Positions 26,190-34,871 of a stretch of DNA of 64,000 bases are shown here, piece by piece. Numbering within the stretch: the stretch's first letter is position 1; every line of letters begins with the position of its first letter. The notes beneath the pieces are model-generated. The model did not search any database and was not told where the DNA came from. It saw nothing but the letters and a program-made list of their open reading frames with translations. A program made the position numbers and the translations under genes. The stretch lies in assembly GCA_002439085.1 (NCBI GenBank), contig DJSW01000009.1, positions 42,192-106,191 of the forward strand, in the 5' to 3' direction. Source of the stretch: Alphaproteobacteria bacterium UBA6324. Lineage in GTDB: Bacteria > Pseudomonadota > Alphaproteobacteria > CAAGCB01 > CAG-977.

Positions 26190-28241
26190 ATGACCGGTTT
26201 GAAAGATTTAAAAGAAGGCATCGAAAAGGGTAAAATCGTTTTGCCGAATGTGCAGCGCGGATTCGTCTGGAAACCGTGGCAGATCGAAAACCTGTGGGAT
26301 TCGTTGATGCGCCGTTTTCCGGTCGGGTCGTTCGTCGGCGTTGAAAAAGACGGCAAGACGGAATTGCTGGACGGGCAGCAGCGGGCGACGGCGATCGCTC
26401 TGGCTTTTTTTGAACCGGACGGAACAGAAGACTCGCAGAACGTGCTGCGGTCTTCGACGGATCGGGTGCGACTGTTCATTGATTTGAAAAAGGGAACGGG
26501 GACTGATCGGAAATACATTTTCCGCGTCATTACGAAATCGCATCCGTGGGGATATCAAAAAAGCCGGAACGATCGGACGTTGAGCGCGGAAAACATTCGC
26601 CGCGCGTGCGAGGATTACAAAATGGCAGATAAAAACCCGTATGCGGAACCGTTGGGCAAATTCTGGCCTTATGACGCGTCGTTTCCCGTGCCGTTCGGTT
26701 TTTTCCTGAACGGTGACAATGCGGCAACCGTCCGTTCAAAAATCGAACGGTGGTGCGAACGGCATCATCAAAAGCCTTTTCCGACGGGGCCGGATTATTA
26801 CGGCATAAAAGAATTGCTTGATACCGTGCGAGATGTTTTGGGTAACACTTCTTTGCCGCTGTTGTTGGTGAGCGAACAGGTTTTGGACGCGGAAACCGGA
26901 TTGTCCGCGTCGGACGGCGAAACCGACACCGATGCGGATGACGGGGACGATGAAATCGAAAACCTGTTCATCCGGCTGAACGCGGGCGGGACGCCTTTGC
27001 GCGGCGAGGAATTGAATTATTCGATTTTGAAAACGAACATCGGTATTGATTTGCAAAAAAGGATTGAAAACGCCTGCGCGGGATTTATGCGTCCGGCGCG
27101 TTTCATCACCATCGCCTGCCGTTTGTACCAGAACCGGCCGGAAAAACCGACGGCCGACGCCGTGACGATGCGTATTCAACCCAAGCAGTTTCAAGGGATC
27201 ATTCGCAATGAAAAAGCGGGATTCATCCGATTCGTTGAAAAATTGCTGGATGCGGATTTTTTGGGGCGCGTGAAAACGGTTCTGCGTTACGATCCGGACG
27301 ACAACGCGTTCGGGCTGCCGGATTTCATCGTTTCGGAATTGGCGGACAGGGCGCCGGAAGTCATGTTGATGCTGATGCACCGTTTGCTTTATACGGATGA
27401 TGAAACGAAAATGACGGAGGAAACGCGCCGCAGGATGCTGGGCGTTGTCACGCTGCTGACGTGGTTCGGAAAGGGGCAGCGCGACCATGCGCCGCTGATC
27501 GGCCGGTTGTGGGAACAGGTCAGAAAAACAAAAGAGGCGGACGCTTTTTGGTCGGCCGGTTTGATGCGGACGGCCTGTGAGGAAAGGGAAAACGAAACCC
27601 TTTTTCCGGCGTTTCCGAAATTTAACGAATTGAAAAAAGGCATAAAAGCCCAAAAAAACATCCGCATAGATTCACTGTATCGCTGGAATTTTGAAAAGGT
27701 TCAACCGTTCTTGTCGCGGCTTTTTTATGAAAGAAGCCTGATCCTTTACGCCCAGCGCGACGCGTTGAACCTGTGGTTCAAAGATTGGCGGGATTTTGAT
27801 TTGGAAGACACGCTGTGTCCGTTCGATTGGGATCACATTTCGCCAGAAAATCTGATTTACCGCAAACGCCATATTCACGACGCGTTGAAAAGCTGGTACC
27901 AGACGAACGGCAATTTCCGCGCGTGGCCGTTTACGCTGAACCGGAAAGATCAAGATGTTGTGCCGAGTGAAAAGCTTTTGTGTTCAAAGAATGATTTCAC
28001 GGACATTTTAAAAAGCATCGGCGTGACGGATTATCCGTATAAATCCGACGTGTTGCTTGATTGGTCGAAATGCGCCAAGGCATGGAAAGAAATTGATTTT
28101 AACGACCTGTCGGAAAAAACGGATTCGCAGCACAAAAGAAACAAACAGCTGATCAACGCCATTATCAACCGCAATCTGGAATTGATCCGGACGTGGTATG
28201 ACGAATTGCGTATCAACGATCTTTGCCCGTCAGGCAAATGA
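26190..28241 (+). CDS. GmrSD-like type IV (modification-dependent) restriction endonuclease: an N-terminal DUF262 (ParB-like NTPase) domain fused to a C-terminal DUF1524 (His-Me finger) domain.
   Basis: DUF262 motifs: PNVQRGFVWKPWQIENLWDSL and LLDGQQRATAIALAFF, then an acidic linker DGETDTDADDGDDE, then FIRLNAGGTPL. DUF1524 motifs: FDWDHISPE and NGNFRAWPFTLNRKDQD. GGAGGG SD before ATG 26190. Confidence 0.8.
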   Translation: MTGLKDLKEGIEKGKIVLPNVQRGFVWKPWQIENLWDSLMRRFPVGSFVGVEKDGKTELLDGQQRATAIALAFFEPDGTEDSQNVLRSSTDRVRLFIDLKKGTGTDRKYIFRVITKSHPWGYQKSRNDRTLSAENIRRACEDYKMADKNPYAEPLGKFWPYDASFPVPFGFFLNGDNAATVRSKIERWCERHHQKPFPTGPDYYGIKELLDTVRDVLGNTSLPLLLVSEQVLDAETGLSASDGETDTDADDGDDEIENLFIRLNAGGTPLRGEELNYSILKTNIGIDLQKRIENACAGFMRPARFITIACRLYQNRPEKPTADAVTMRIQPKQFQGIIRNEKAGFIRFVEKLLDADFLGRVKTVLRYDPDDNAFGLPDFIVSELADRAPEVMLMLMHRLLYTDDETKMTEETRRRMLGVVTLLTWFGKGQRDHAPLIGRLWEQVRKTKEADAFWSAGLMRTACEERENETLFPAFPKFNELKKGIKAQKNIRIDSLYRWNFEKVQPFLSRLFYERSLILYAQRDALNLWFKDWRDFDLEDTLCPFDWDHISPENLIYRKRHIHDALKSWYQTNGNFRAWPFTLNRKDQDVVPSEKLLCSKNDFTDILKSIGVTDYPYKSDVLLDWSKCAKAWKEIDFNDLSEKTDSQHKRNKQLINAIINRNLELIRTWYDELRINDLCPSGK

Positions 28242-28244
28242 AAA

Positions 28245-29039
28245 TCAGACCAGCAGGCTGAACAGTTTTGAAGAGGAGCTTTGATTTTTTGCGGAACGCA
28301 GGGTCGCCATGTTCGTGTATCCAGTCGCCAGCAAATCGGCCGCCCCTTGTGCCGCCAAAACGCTGGCACTGGCGGTGACGGAACCTGATTCGGCTTCCGC
28401 TTTGGCCAAAGCGATGTCGCCGTCGGTCATATTCGTGTGGTCGATGGATTGTTCCTGCGTGACGTAATCGTGTTTATAGGTGTCGCCCAGCTGCACCTGC
28501 AAAGCGTACAGCGTGTCCTGATCCACCGCCTTGCCGTCCTTTGTCGTGACGTGGATGTAATAGGTGCCGGCCTTTTGCACTTTGTATTGGCCGCGCATCA
28601 GCTGGTCGAATGCGTCGGTCGCCTTGCCTTTGCCCTCTTCGTTCGTCGCGATCAGCGTTTGGCGGTTGTTGACGTATTGGTACAGTTCGACTTTCAGGCC
28701 TTGGCCTTTGAAACGTTCAATAGCTTTTTCAAAATTGCTGGACGCTTCCTCCAGCGCGTCGGAAGCCGTGGATTCGTCGGCGTCGGCCGTTTCGCTGTTC
28801 GCACTGAGGTTGATGGCGGTCAGACGCAGTTTTCCCCGCGATGTGACAGTGAAAGAAAACCAGTCTTCCTTTTCATTTTCGGACAAGGTCGTGATCATGT
28901 TCAACCGCGAATAATTCAGCCGCGCCTGTCCCATGTCGCGCGCGTTGCGGATCGAATCGGCGTATGTGTCCGTCGTCGTCTTTTCCCACGTTTTCACATT
29001 GGTCGATTTTGTTGTCGCGTCCAGAACCGTCGTAGCCAT
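28245..29039 (-). CDS. Hypothetical protein with PPC (pre-peptidase C-terminal)-like beta-sandwich motifs. No signal peptide.
   Basis: EDWFSFTVTSRGKLRLTAINLS ... AGTYYIHVTTKDGKAVDQDTLYALQV. It sits 89 bp downstream of the cyclase gene on the same strand. Confidence 0.45.
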   Translation of the reverse strand: MATTVLDATTKSTNVKTWEKTTTDTYADSIRNARDMGQARLNYSRLNMITTLSENEKEDWFSFTVTSRGKLRLTAINLSANSETADADESTASDALEEASSNFEKAIERFKGQGLKVELYQYVNNRQTLIATNEEGKGKATDAFDQLMRGQYKVQKAGTYYIHVTTKDGKAVDQDTLYALQVQLGDTYKHDYVTQEQSIDHTNMTDGDIALAKAEAESGSVTASASVLAAQGAADLLATGYTNMATLRSAKNQSSSSKLFSLLV

Positions 29040-29128
29040 TTTCTACCTCGCCCGTTCAATCCGTTGTTGCGGAAATTCTTTCCACTCGTTCAATATACCA
29101 CAACGCGCGCCGGAAATCAAAGCCGACG

Positions 29129-31093
29129 TTAAAATTCGGGCAAACTTTCCGACAGCTCTTTTTCCTGCGGCGGTTCGGCGGGCTTTTCCGGTTCCTTGGG
29201 CGGCTGTTTTTTGGGTTTTTCCTCTTCCCACACCACTTCGTACAGCGTTTGCGGGGTGTCGATTCCTTTCAGGTTGAATTCGCCTTTCGGAACAAAGATG
29301 TAATTCTTGCCTGCGGCCAGTTCCTTGACGACGGAGGAAACGTAGATTTGGTTTTTGCCGGCTTCGCCGCACACGCGCGACGCCAGCTGGACGGTCAGGC
29401 CGAACAGGTCGTTGTTTTCCACGATCGGTTCGCCGGCGTTCAACCCGATGCGGACTTCCAAAGCGACGGTCGGCGATTCGCGGTTGTACAGACTGACCGC
29501 TTTTTGAATGGCGATCGCCGCGTCGATCGCGTTGGACGCCCACATGAACGACGCCATGATTCCGTCGCCAGTTTGTTTGATCTCTTCGCCGCCGCAAGTG
29601 CTCAACGCCTGACGGACGATCGTGTTGTGCCGGTGGATCAGCTGCTGCGCCATGCGGTCGCCCAGCGTTTGCGTCATATGGGTCGATGACACGATGTCGG
29701 TGAACATGACCGTGCAGATGCCCGACGCGACCGTTTCCTTTTTCGGATTCAGCCAGTTGGCCATTGTTGTTTGGATCAATCCGACCAATTCGGGCGACGA
29801 TTTGTTGTTCAGATAGGTTTCCATGCCCTTGGAACCGTTTTCGATGACGGTCAGGTACTTGGGTTCCATCATGTATTCTTCGATTTTATCGAAAAACAGA
29901 TCGGCCAAAGTCGGGGCGCGCCCCAACAGTTCCAGCAAACCGGCCAGCATCACGCGGTTTTGCTGGGCGGAAAGGGATTTCGACCGGCACAGCCGTTCGC
30001 ACGCGCCGGATAAAAACAGCTCGATTCCGAAACGGGCGTAGGTGTTTAAGAGGGTGTTCTTTTCCTGCAGCACGCGCAAAATGATGGACAGGAACGTCGT
30101 CAGTGTCAGGTAGTCTTTTTCCAATTCCGGCGGGATTTCGGCGTGTCCGGTTTCTTTGGCGGGGGCGGGCGTTGTTTCACCGTTGCCGTTTTCATCCGTT
30201 TCCGCGTTCGCGGTATCGTCGGGCGCATCCGCAGGCGTTTCGGGGGCGGTTTGTTCGGTCTGTTCTTCGCCGGCTTTTTCCTCTTCCCGCTTTTTGCGTT
30301 CCTCGTCGGCGGCCTGTTCCTCCGCCTCTTGCTGTTCGGCCTTTTCCTGCGCGGCCTCTTCGGCCTCTTTCAATCGCTGGGTCAGCGTTTTGCGTCCGCT
30401 CAGCACGTCAAAGGCGTCAAAAACGCGGCGCACCATGCGGGAAACAAGGGAATCGGATTTGGGTTCGGGACGTTCCGAATCGATTTCGTACAACTCGCGT
30501 TTGGAATATTTGGCGTCGTCGTCGCTTTCCTTGGATGTCGGGTACAGAGCGGACGTTTTTGGCGATTCCTCTTCATCCGATCCCAACAGGTTTTCCCATT
30601 TGACCCATTTGATCGCCGTCGGGACGGATATCACCAAAAAGAAGAACGTGAACGTTCCCAAAACGAACTGGCCGGAAATGTCCTGTTGCGAAAAACCGGC
30701 CAATCCCATGACGCGCAAAGTCACCACCGTGATCATGCTGGACAGGATCATGGCAAAGATGATCGACAGAAAGATCATGATGACGCCTTCGGCCAGGCCG
30801 GATTTTTTCCGGTCGTTGCGTTTGACGGTCGTCGGGATCACGCTGTTGGCGTAAGGGGACGATTTCGGCGGTTGCGGTTTCGGTATTTCGCTGAGATAGA
30901 CCATCGCCTCTTGGAACATTTGCGTGTCCAGATCGTAAGTTTCGCGCACGACCTTTGTCGGTTTGCGTTCCGTGTTTTCAATGCTGCGCGCGTATTCGAT
31001 CGCCTTCGACCGCTGTTCGGACGAATAACGCCCCAGCAAATCCCACGCGCTGTTTTGATAAACATAGACTTCGTAATGTATGATCGCGGACAC
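29129..31093 (-). CDS. Membrane-bound class III adenylate/guanylate cyclase. It has an N-terminal TM region and an acidic E/K-rich linker before the C-terminal cyclase homology domain.
   Basis: VMFTDIVSSTHMTQTLGD...GDGIMASF...RIGLNAGEPIV matches the cyclase homology domain. GTG start. Confidence 0.85.
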   Translation of the reverse strand: MSAIIHYEVYVYQNSAWDLLGRYSSEQRSKAIEYARSIENTERKPTKVVRETYDLDTQMFQEAMVYLSEIPKPQPPKSSPYANSVIPTTVKRNDRKKSGLAEGVIMIFLSIIFAMILSSMITVVTLRVMGLAGFSQQDISGQFVLGTFTFFFLVISVPTAIKWVKWENLLGSDEEESPKTSALYPTSKESDDDAKYSKRELYEIDSERPEPKSDSLVSRMVRRVFDAFDVLSGRKTLTQRLKEAEEAAQEKAEQQEAEEQAADEERKKREEEKAGEEQTEQTAPETPADAPDDTANAETDENGNGETTPAPAKETGHAEIPPELEKDYLTLTTFLSIILRVLQEKNTLLNTYARFGIELFLSGACERLCRSKSLSAQQNRVMLAGLLELLGRAPTLADLFFDKIEEYMMEPKYLTVIENGSKGMETYLNNKSSPELVGLIQTTMANWLNPKKETVASGICTVMFTDIVSSTHMTQTLGDRMAQQLIHRHNTIVRQALSTCGGEEIKQTGDGIMASFMWASNAIDAAIAIQKAVSLYNRESPTVALEVRIGLNAGEPIVENNDLFGLTVQLASRVCGEAGKNQIYVSSVVKELAAGKNYIFVPKGEFNLKGIDTPQTLYEVVWEEEKPKKQPPKEPEKPAEPPQEKELSESLPEF

Positions 31094-31187
31094 GGGCTTT
31101 TATTCCATAAAACACTGTTTCATTTATTGTAAAAGAGGTTTTATAAAAAAACAGTAAAAAAATGTAACGGATTGAAAATCAAAGGAT

Positions 31188-31236
31188 TTCGGATATGAAA
31201 AAGGCGGCCTCACAATCTGTGAAAGCCGCCTTTTGA
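31188..31236 (-). terminator. Rho-independent terminator after rpmE.
   Basis: aaggcggcctcacaatctgtgaaagccgcctt; on the minus strand it is followed by tttttc. Confidence 0.5.
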
Positions 31237-31248
31237 AACCCGCAAAAA

Positions 31249-31473
31249 TTACTTTTTGCCCGTGAAAGCCGCGAAACGTTTGTTGAATTTCGCCAACTGG
31301 CCGCCGCTGTCAACCAAACGGTAAACACCCGTCCATGCCGGATGAGCCAGCGGGTCAATATCCAAGCGAATCGTATCGCCTTCCTTGCCCATCGTCGAAC
31401 GGGTCTTGAATTCGGTTCCGTCTGTCATAACCACGGTGATTTCATGGTAATTCGGATGAATATCTTTTTTCAT
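31249..31473 (-). CDS. rpmE: 50S ribosomal protein L31 (non-zinc-ribbon type).
   Basis: [22 protein letters not shown]...KFNKRFA. GGAG SD. The track's TTG-extended start was rejected. Confidence 0.85.
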   Translation of the reverse strand: MKKDIHPNYHEITVVMTDGTEFKTRSTMGKEGDTIRLDIDPLAHPAWTGVYRLVDSGGQLAKFNKRFAAFTGKK

Positions 31474-31561
31474 AACTTCAGCTCCAGAATGCAACAAGTG
31501 TTTTTTCTATACTCTAAAAGATTCGGCTTTTCAAGCCTGTTTTCGGCAAAAGTTCAAAAAA

Positions 31562-32611
31562 TCACTTTTCCGTCAGCTTGAATTCGATCCGGCGGTTTTT
31601 GCGGCGCGCCGATTCCGTGTTTTTGCGGTCGATCGGCTGATATTCGCCGAACCCCGCGGCCACCAACCGGCGGGCGGGGACGCCCCGGTCGATCAGGTAT
31701 TGGACGACGGCGATCGCCCGATTCGCGGACAGCTGCCAGTTCGACGAATACAGTTCGTTGCGGATCGGCACGGTGTCGGTGTGGCCGTCCACGCGCAAAA
31801 CCCATTGGATGTTTTTGGGAATTTTGCGTTGCAGTTCCTTGACCGTTTTCGCCAGAACGTTCAGCTGTTTTTTGCCATTTTCCTCCAACGCGGCTGAACC
31901 GCTTTTGAAAAACAGTTCGGATTGGAACACGAAGCGGTCGCCGACAACGGTGATGTCGTCACGATCGGCCAAAACCTTGCGCAGCGTTCCGAAAAATTCG
32001 GAACGGTAGGAGGCCAGCTCGCCCGCTTTGGCGGCCAGCGCGCGATTCAGCTTTTTGCCCAAATCGACGATTTGCGCTTTTTGCGCCTTGTCTTTCTTTT
32101 CCGCCTGATCCAAAACGGCGCGAATCTTGGCCAGCTCGGCCGTCAGCTTTTCCGTCTGCGCGGTCAAAACGGCCAGATGCGCTTTTGCGTCCTGCGATAT
32201 TTTGCGTTCGGATTTCAGGTCTTTTTCCAATTCGGTTTTGCGCAGTTTCAACGCCTTGGCGTCCTGCTCCATCAACGCGATTTGCGCCAGCGCGCGCGTG
32301 TTTTCGTCCTTGACGCCGGCCAGCTCTCCGGCCAGTTTTTCCGTTTCCGCCAGCTGCGCGTTCAAACGGATCGTCAAATCGGCCGTCGATTTGCGTTCGG
32401 CGGACAGCTCGGTCGCCAAATCTTTCAACCGGATGTTCAGCAGATCGATTTCCGTGTTTTTGGTGTCCAGATTCCGCCCCATGAAATAGTGCGCCAAAAC
32501 GAACAGCAGCAGGAAAAACAACACGACGATCAACAGTGTTGACATCGCGTCAACAAAGCTGGGCCAGAAATTGTATCCGCTGGAGTTTCTGAAACGGCGC
32601 ATGGCGGTCAC
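31562..32611 (-). CDS. MotB-like protein. An N-terminal TM helix is followed by a ~200-aa coiled coil and a C-terminal OmpA-like peptidoglycan-binding domain.
   Basis: TM segment LLIVVLFFLLLFVL. Heptad-rich region LKDLATELSAERK...KIRAVLDQAEKKDKAQKAQI. OmpA_C motifs: NWQLSANRAIAVVQYL...NRRIEF. 4-bp overlap with the upstream MotA-like gene. Confidence 0.75.
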   Translation of the reverse strand: MTAMRRFRNSSGYNFWPSFVDAMSTLLIVVLFFLLLFVLAHYFMGRNLDTKNTEIDLLNIRLKDLATELSAERKSTADLTIRLNAQLAETEKLAGELAGVKDENTRALAQIALMEQDAKALKLRKTELEKDLKSERKISQDAKAHLAVLTAQTEKLTAELAKIRAVLDQAEKKDKAQKAQIVDLGKKLNRALAAKAGELASYRSEFFGTLRKVLADRDDITVVGDRFVFQSELFFKSGSAALEENGKKQLNVLAKTVKELQRKIPKNIQWVLRVDGHTDTVPIRNELYSSNWQLSANRAIAVVQYLIDRGVPARRLVAAGFGEYQPIDRKNTESARRKNRRIEFKLTEK

Positions 32612-33594
32612 TTGTCCTGTCCGGAAATCGTGCGCACCAGCAATTTGAACGAATCGCGAATCTCGCGCAACAGGATTTCCTGACGGGCTTCGGAACGTTT
32701 GTCGATCTGGTTGACGTTATGGTCGATGCGGCTGATGATGCGCAGCAGATCCATGTCCGTCTGGACGCGTTCCTGCGCGCCGGATTCGCCCTTTTTCAGC
32801 TGCAGCCGGATGTCCGCCAGACTTTCGACGACCTGTTCCAGCAAAGCGTTGGCGTACGCGCCGTTCGACGTGACGGAATCGTCACCGCTGCCGACGGACG
32901 ACGAATAGCGCGTCAACGACGCCAGATGTTCGTCCAAACCGTTGTAAAAATTGTTTTGCGCGCGGCCGGCCTGCAGATCCAGAAAACCGACGACCAAAGC
33001 CCCCGACAGCCCCAGCAGGGACGACGAAAAGGCCGTTCCCATGCCCGACAGCGGCAGTTCCAGCGAATTTTTGATCGTGTTGAACGCTTCGGTCGCCTCT
33101 TCGCCCGAAACGTTCAGGGATTTGATCACGGTCGCCACGGCGCCGACCGTGTCCATCAACCCCCAAAACGTACCCAGCAATCCCAGAAAAGTGGACAGTC
33201 CGATCAGGTATTTTGAAATGTCTCGACTTTCCTCCAACCGCATTTCGACGGAATCCAAAATGGTGCGGGCGATGGTCGGGGACAGGACGGCGTTGCCTTT
33301 GGCGCGGTTGTTTTTCAACACCAAGGCCAGCGGAGACAGCAGGCGCAGTTTTTGCAGATCCGCGTCGGTCAGCGACAGGGCGGGCGCCTTGATCCACCGG
33401 ATTTCACGGTACAGCGCGAACACGGAATGAAAGTTCATGCCGACGCCGAACAGGAAAACGACGGCGATCAGGCTGTTCAGCGCGGGATTGGTCAAAAAGG
33501 CGTTTCGCAGTGCCGGATACAAAACGGCACACGCGCCCGCGACCAGAATCAGAAACAAAAACATACGGGTCACATAGCGGTTCGGCAGTTCCAT
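32608..33594 (-). CDS. MotA/TolQ/ExbB-family proton-channel protein with a ~110-aa cytoplasmic C-terminal tail.
   Basis: LIGLSTFLGLLGTFWGLMDTV is the MotA_ExbB signature. AAAGGA SD. Confidence 0.75.
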   Translation of the reverse strand: MELPNRYVTRMFLFLILVAGACAVLYPALRNAFLTNPALNSLIAVVFLFGVGMNFHSVFALYREIRWIKAPALSLTDADLQKLRLLSPLALVLKNNRAKGNAVLSPTIARTILDSVEMRLEESRDISKYLIGLSTFLGLLGTFWGLMDTVGAVATVIKSLNVSGEEATEAFNTIKNSLELPLSGMGTAFSSSLLGLSGALVVGFLDLQAGRAQNNFYNGLDEHLASLTRYSSSVGSGDDSVTSNGAYANALLEQVVESLADIRLQLKKGESGAQERVQTDMDLLRIISRIDHNVNQIDKRSEARQEILLREIRDSFKLLVRTISGQDK

Positions 33595-33613
33595 GTTCCA
33601 ATCCTTTTGTTTG

Positions 33614-34849
33614 TTATTTTTCTTTGATCAAAATATCCGTTCTGTCCGGAATTTTCGATCCCGCGCCCTTTTGTCCGAACGAACGGATTTCCATGCGCAG
33701 ACTGTTGATCCCCTGTTGCGCCAGATACGACCGGACGGCCAAAGCGCGGCGCAGGGAATGCTGTCTTTCCCCGCCCGTGCGGACGGGATCGGGCGCGCTG
33801 TAGGAATACAGCAAAACCCGTTTCGACGGATATTTTTTCAACTGCTCCGCCATGGTGTCCAACGCCGTCTGCATTTCATCGTCCAGCCGGGTCGCGCCGG
33901 TTTCAAAAATGAAAATGTGGTAAAGGGCGCGGTTGTGTTTCAGCGCGGCCGCGGTGGCGGAATCCTGCGGGATTTCCTGCGCCAGCCGCGCGGATCGCTC
34001 TTCGGGCGTCAGTTTCGACGAAACGGGGAAAACCGAAAAACGGACGGGCTGTTTGACCGCGGTTTTTCCGGCCGGTGTTTCCGCGCCGCCCGCCGCTCGC
34101 AACAACGTTTTCGGCTGGACGGACAGCGTGTCCGGCGCCGTTTCCATTAACGGCCGCGGCTTTTCGGCGGGTTTCGCCTCCGCCTGTTTCACGGCCGGTT
34201 TTTCCGCGGCGGCGGCCGTTTCTTTTTCCTTTTCCTCGGCCTGCTGTTGTTCTTTCAGCCGTTCCTGTTCCAGAAAATGCTTGGACAGTTTCGGCGGACG
34301 GGCGGCGGTTTCGACCTCTTCCGTTTTATCGCGGCGCGAGCTGTCCTCCGTCGCCAGAATCTTGACTTTCGGCACGGGGTTTGCGCGCGGCTTCAAACGG
34401 TCGTGCTCGTCGCTTTGGGCGGATTCCTTGACGTGGAATTTTTCAACGGGTTTCGCGGCGGCCGTTTTTTTGACGGCCGGTTTCGCCGGTTTTTTAGGGG
34501 CGGACGCTTTTTTCGCGGCGGGCTTCGCGGCCGGTTTCGCAACCGGTTTCGGCTTTGCCGCCGCTTTTTTCTCCGTCGCGTTTTTAGCCGCGGCCGCGGG
34601 CTTTGCGGCCGACTGCTTTTCCTCTTTTTTCGGTTCTTTCTTTTCCGCCTGTTCCGCCGGTTTCGCCGGTTCGGGCGCTTTCAGCGCGACGCCCGCGTCC
34701 TCGATTTTCAACGGGGCGGAAGTCAGGGCATCCTTGGGAATGAAATCCTCGGTCAAAACGTCCAGATCGACCGTGATTTGAGCAAAAGCCGCCGTCGCCG
34801 CCAAACAAGCGGCGGCAAAACAGGCGGCGGCTTTCACTGCGTTTTTCAA
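33614..34849 (-). CDS. Secreted Ala/Lys/Pro-repeat protein with a C-terminal OmpA-like domain.
   Basis: TTG start with AAGGAG SD 7 nt upstream. Signal peptide KNAVKAAACFAAACLAATAAFAQ. Repeats AKPAAKPAAKKASAPKKPAKPAVKK. C-terminal HSLRRALAVRSYL..G fits OmpA_C-like. Confidence 0.6.
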   Translation of the reverse strand: MKNAVKAAACFAAACLAATAAFAQITVDLDVLTEDFIPKDALTSAPLKIEDAGVALKAPEPAKPAEQAEKKEPKKEEKQSAAKPAAAAKNATEKKAAAKPKPVAKPAAKPAAKKASAPKKPAKPAVKKTAAAKPVEKFHVKESAQSDEHDRLKPRANPVPKVKILATEDSSRRDKTEEVETAARPPKLSKHFLEQERLKEQQQAEEKEKETAAAAEKPAVKQAEAKPAEKPRPLMETAPDTLSVQPKTLLRAAGGAETPAGKTAVKQPVRFSVFPVSSKLTPEERSARLAQEIPQDSATAAALKHNRALYHIFIFETGATRLDDEMQTALDTMAEQLKKYPSKRVLLYSYSAPDPVRTGGERQHSLRRALAVRSYLAQQGINSLRMEIRSFGQKGAGSKIPDRTDILIKEK

Positions 34850-34871
34850 GGGACGACTCCTTTAAAGCTCC

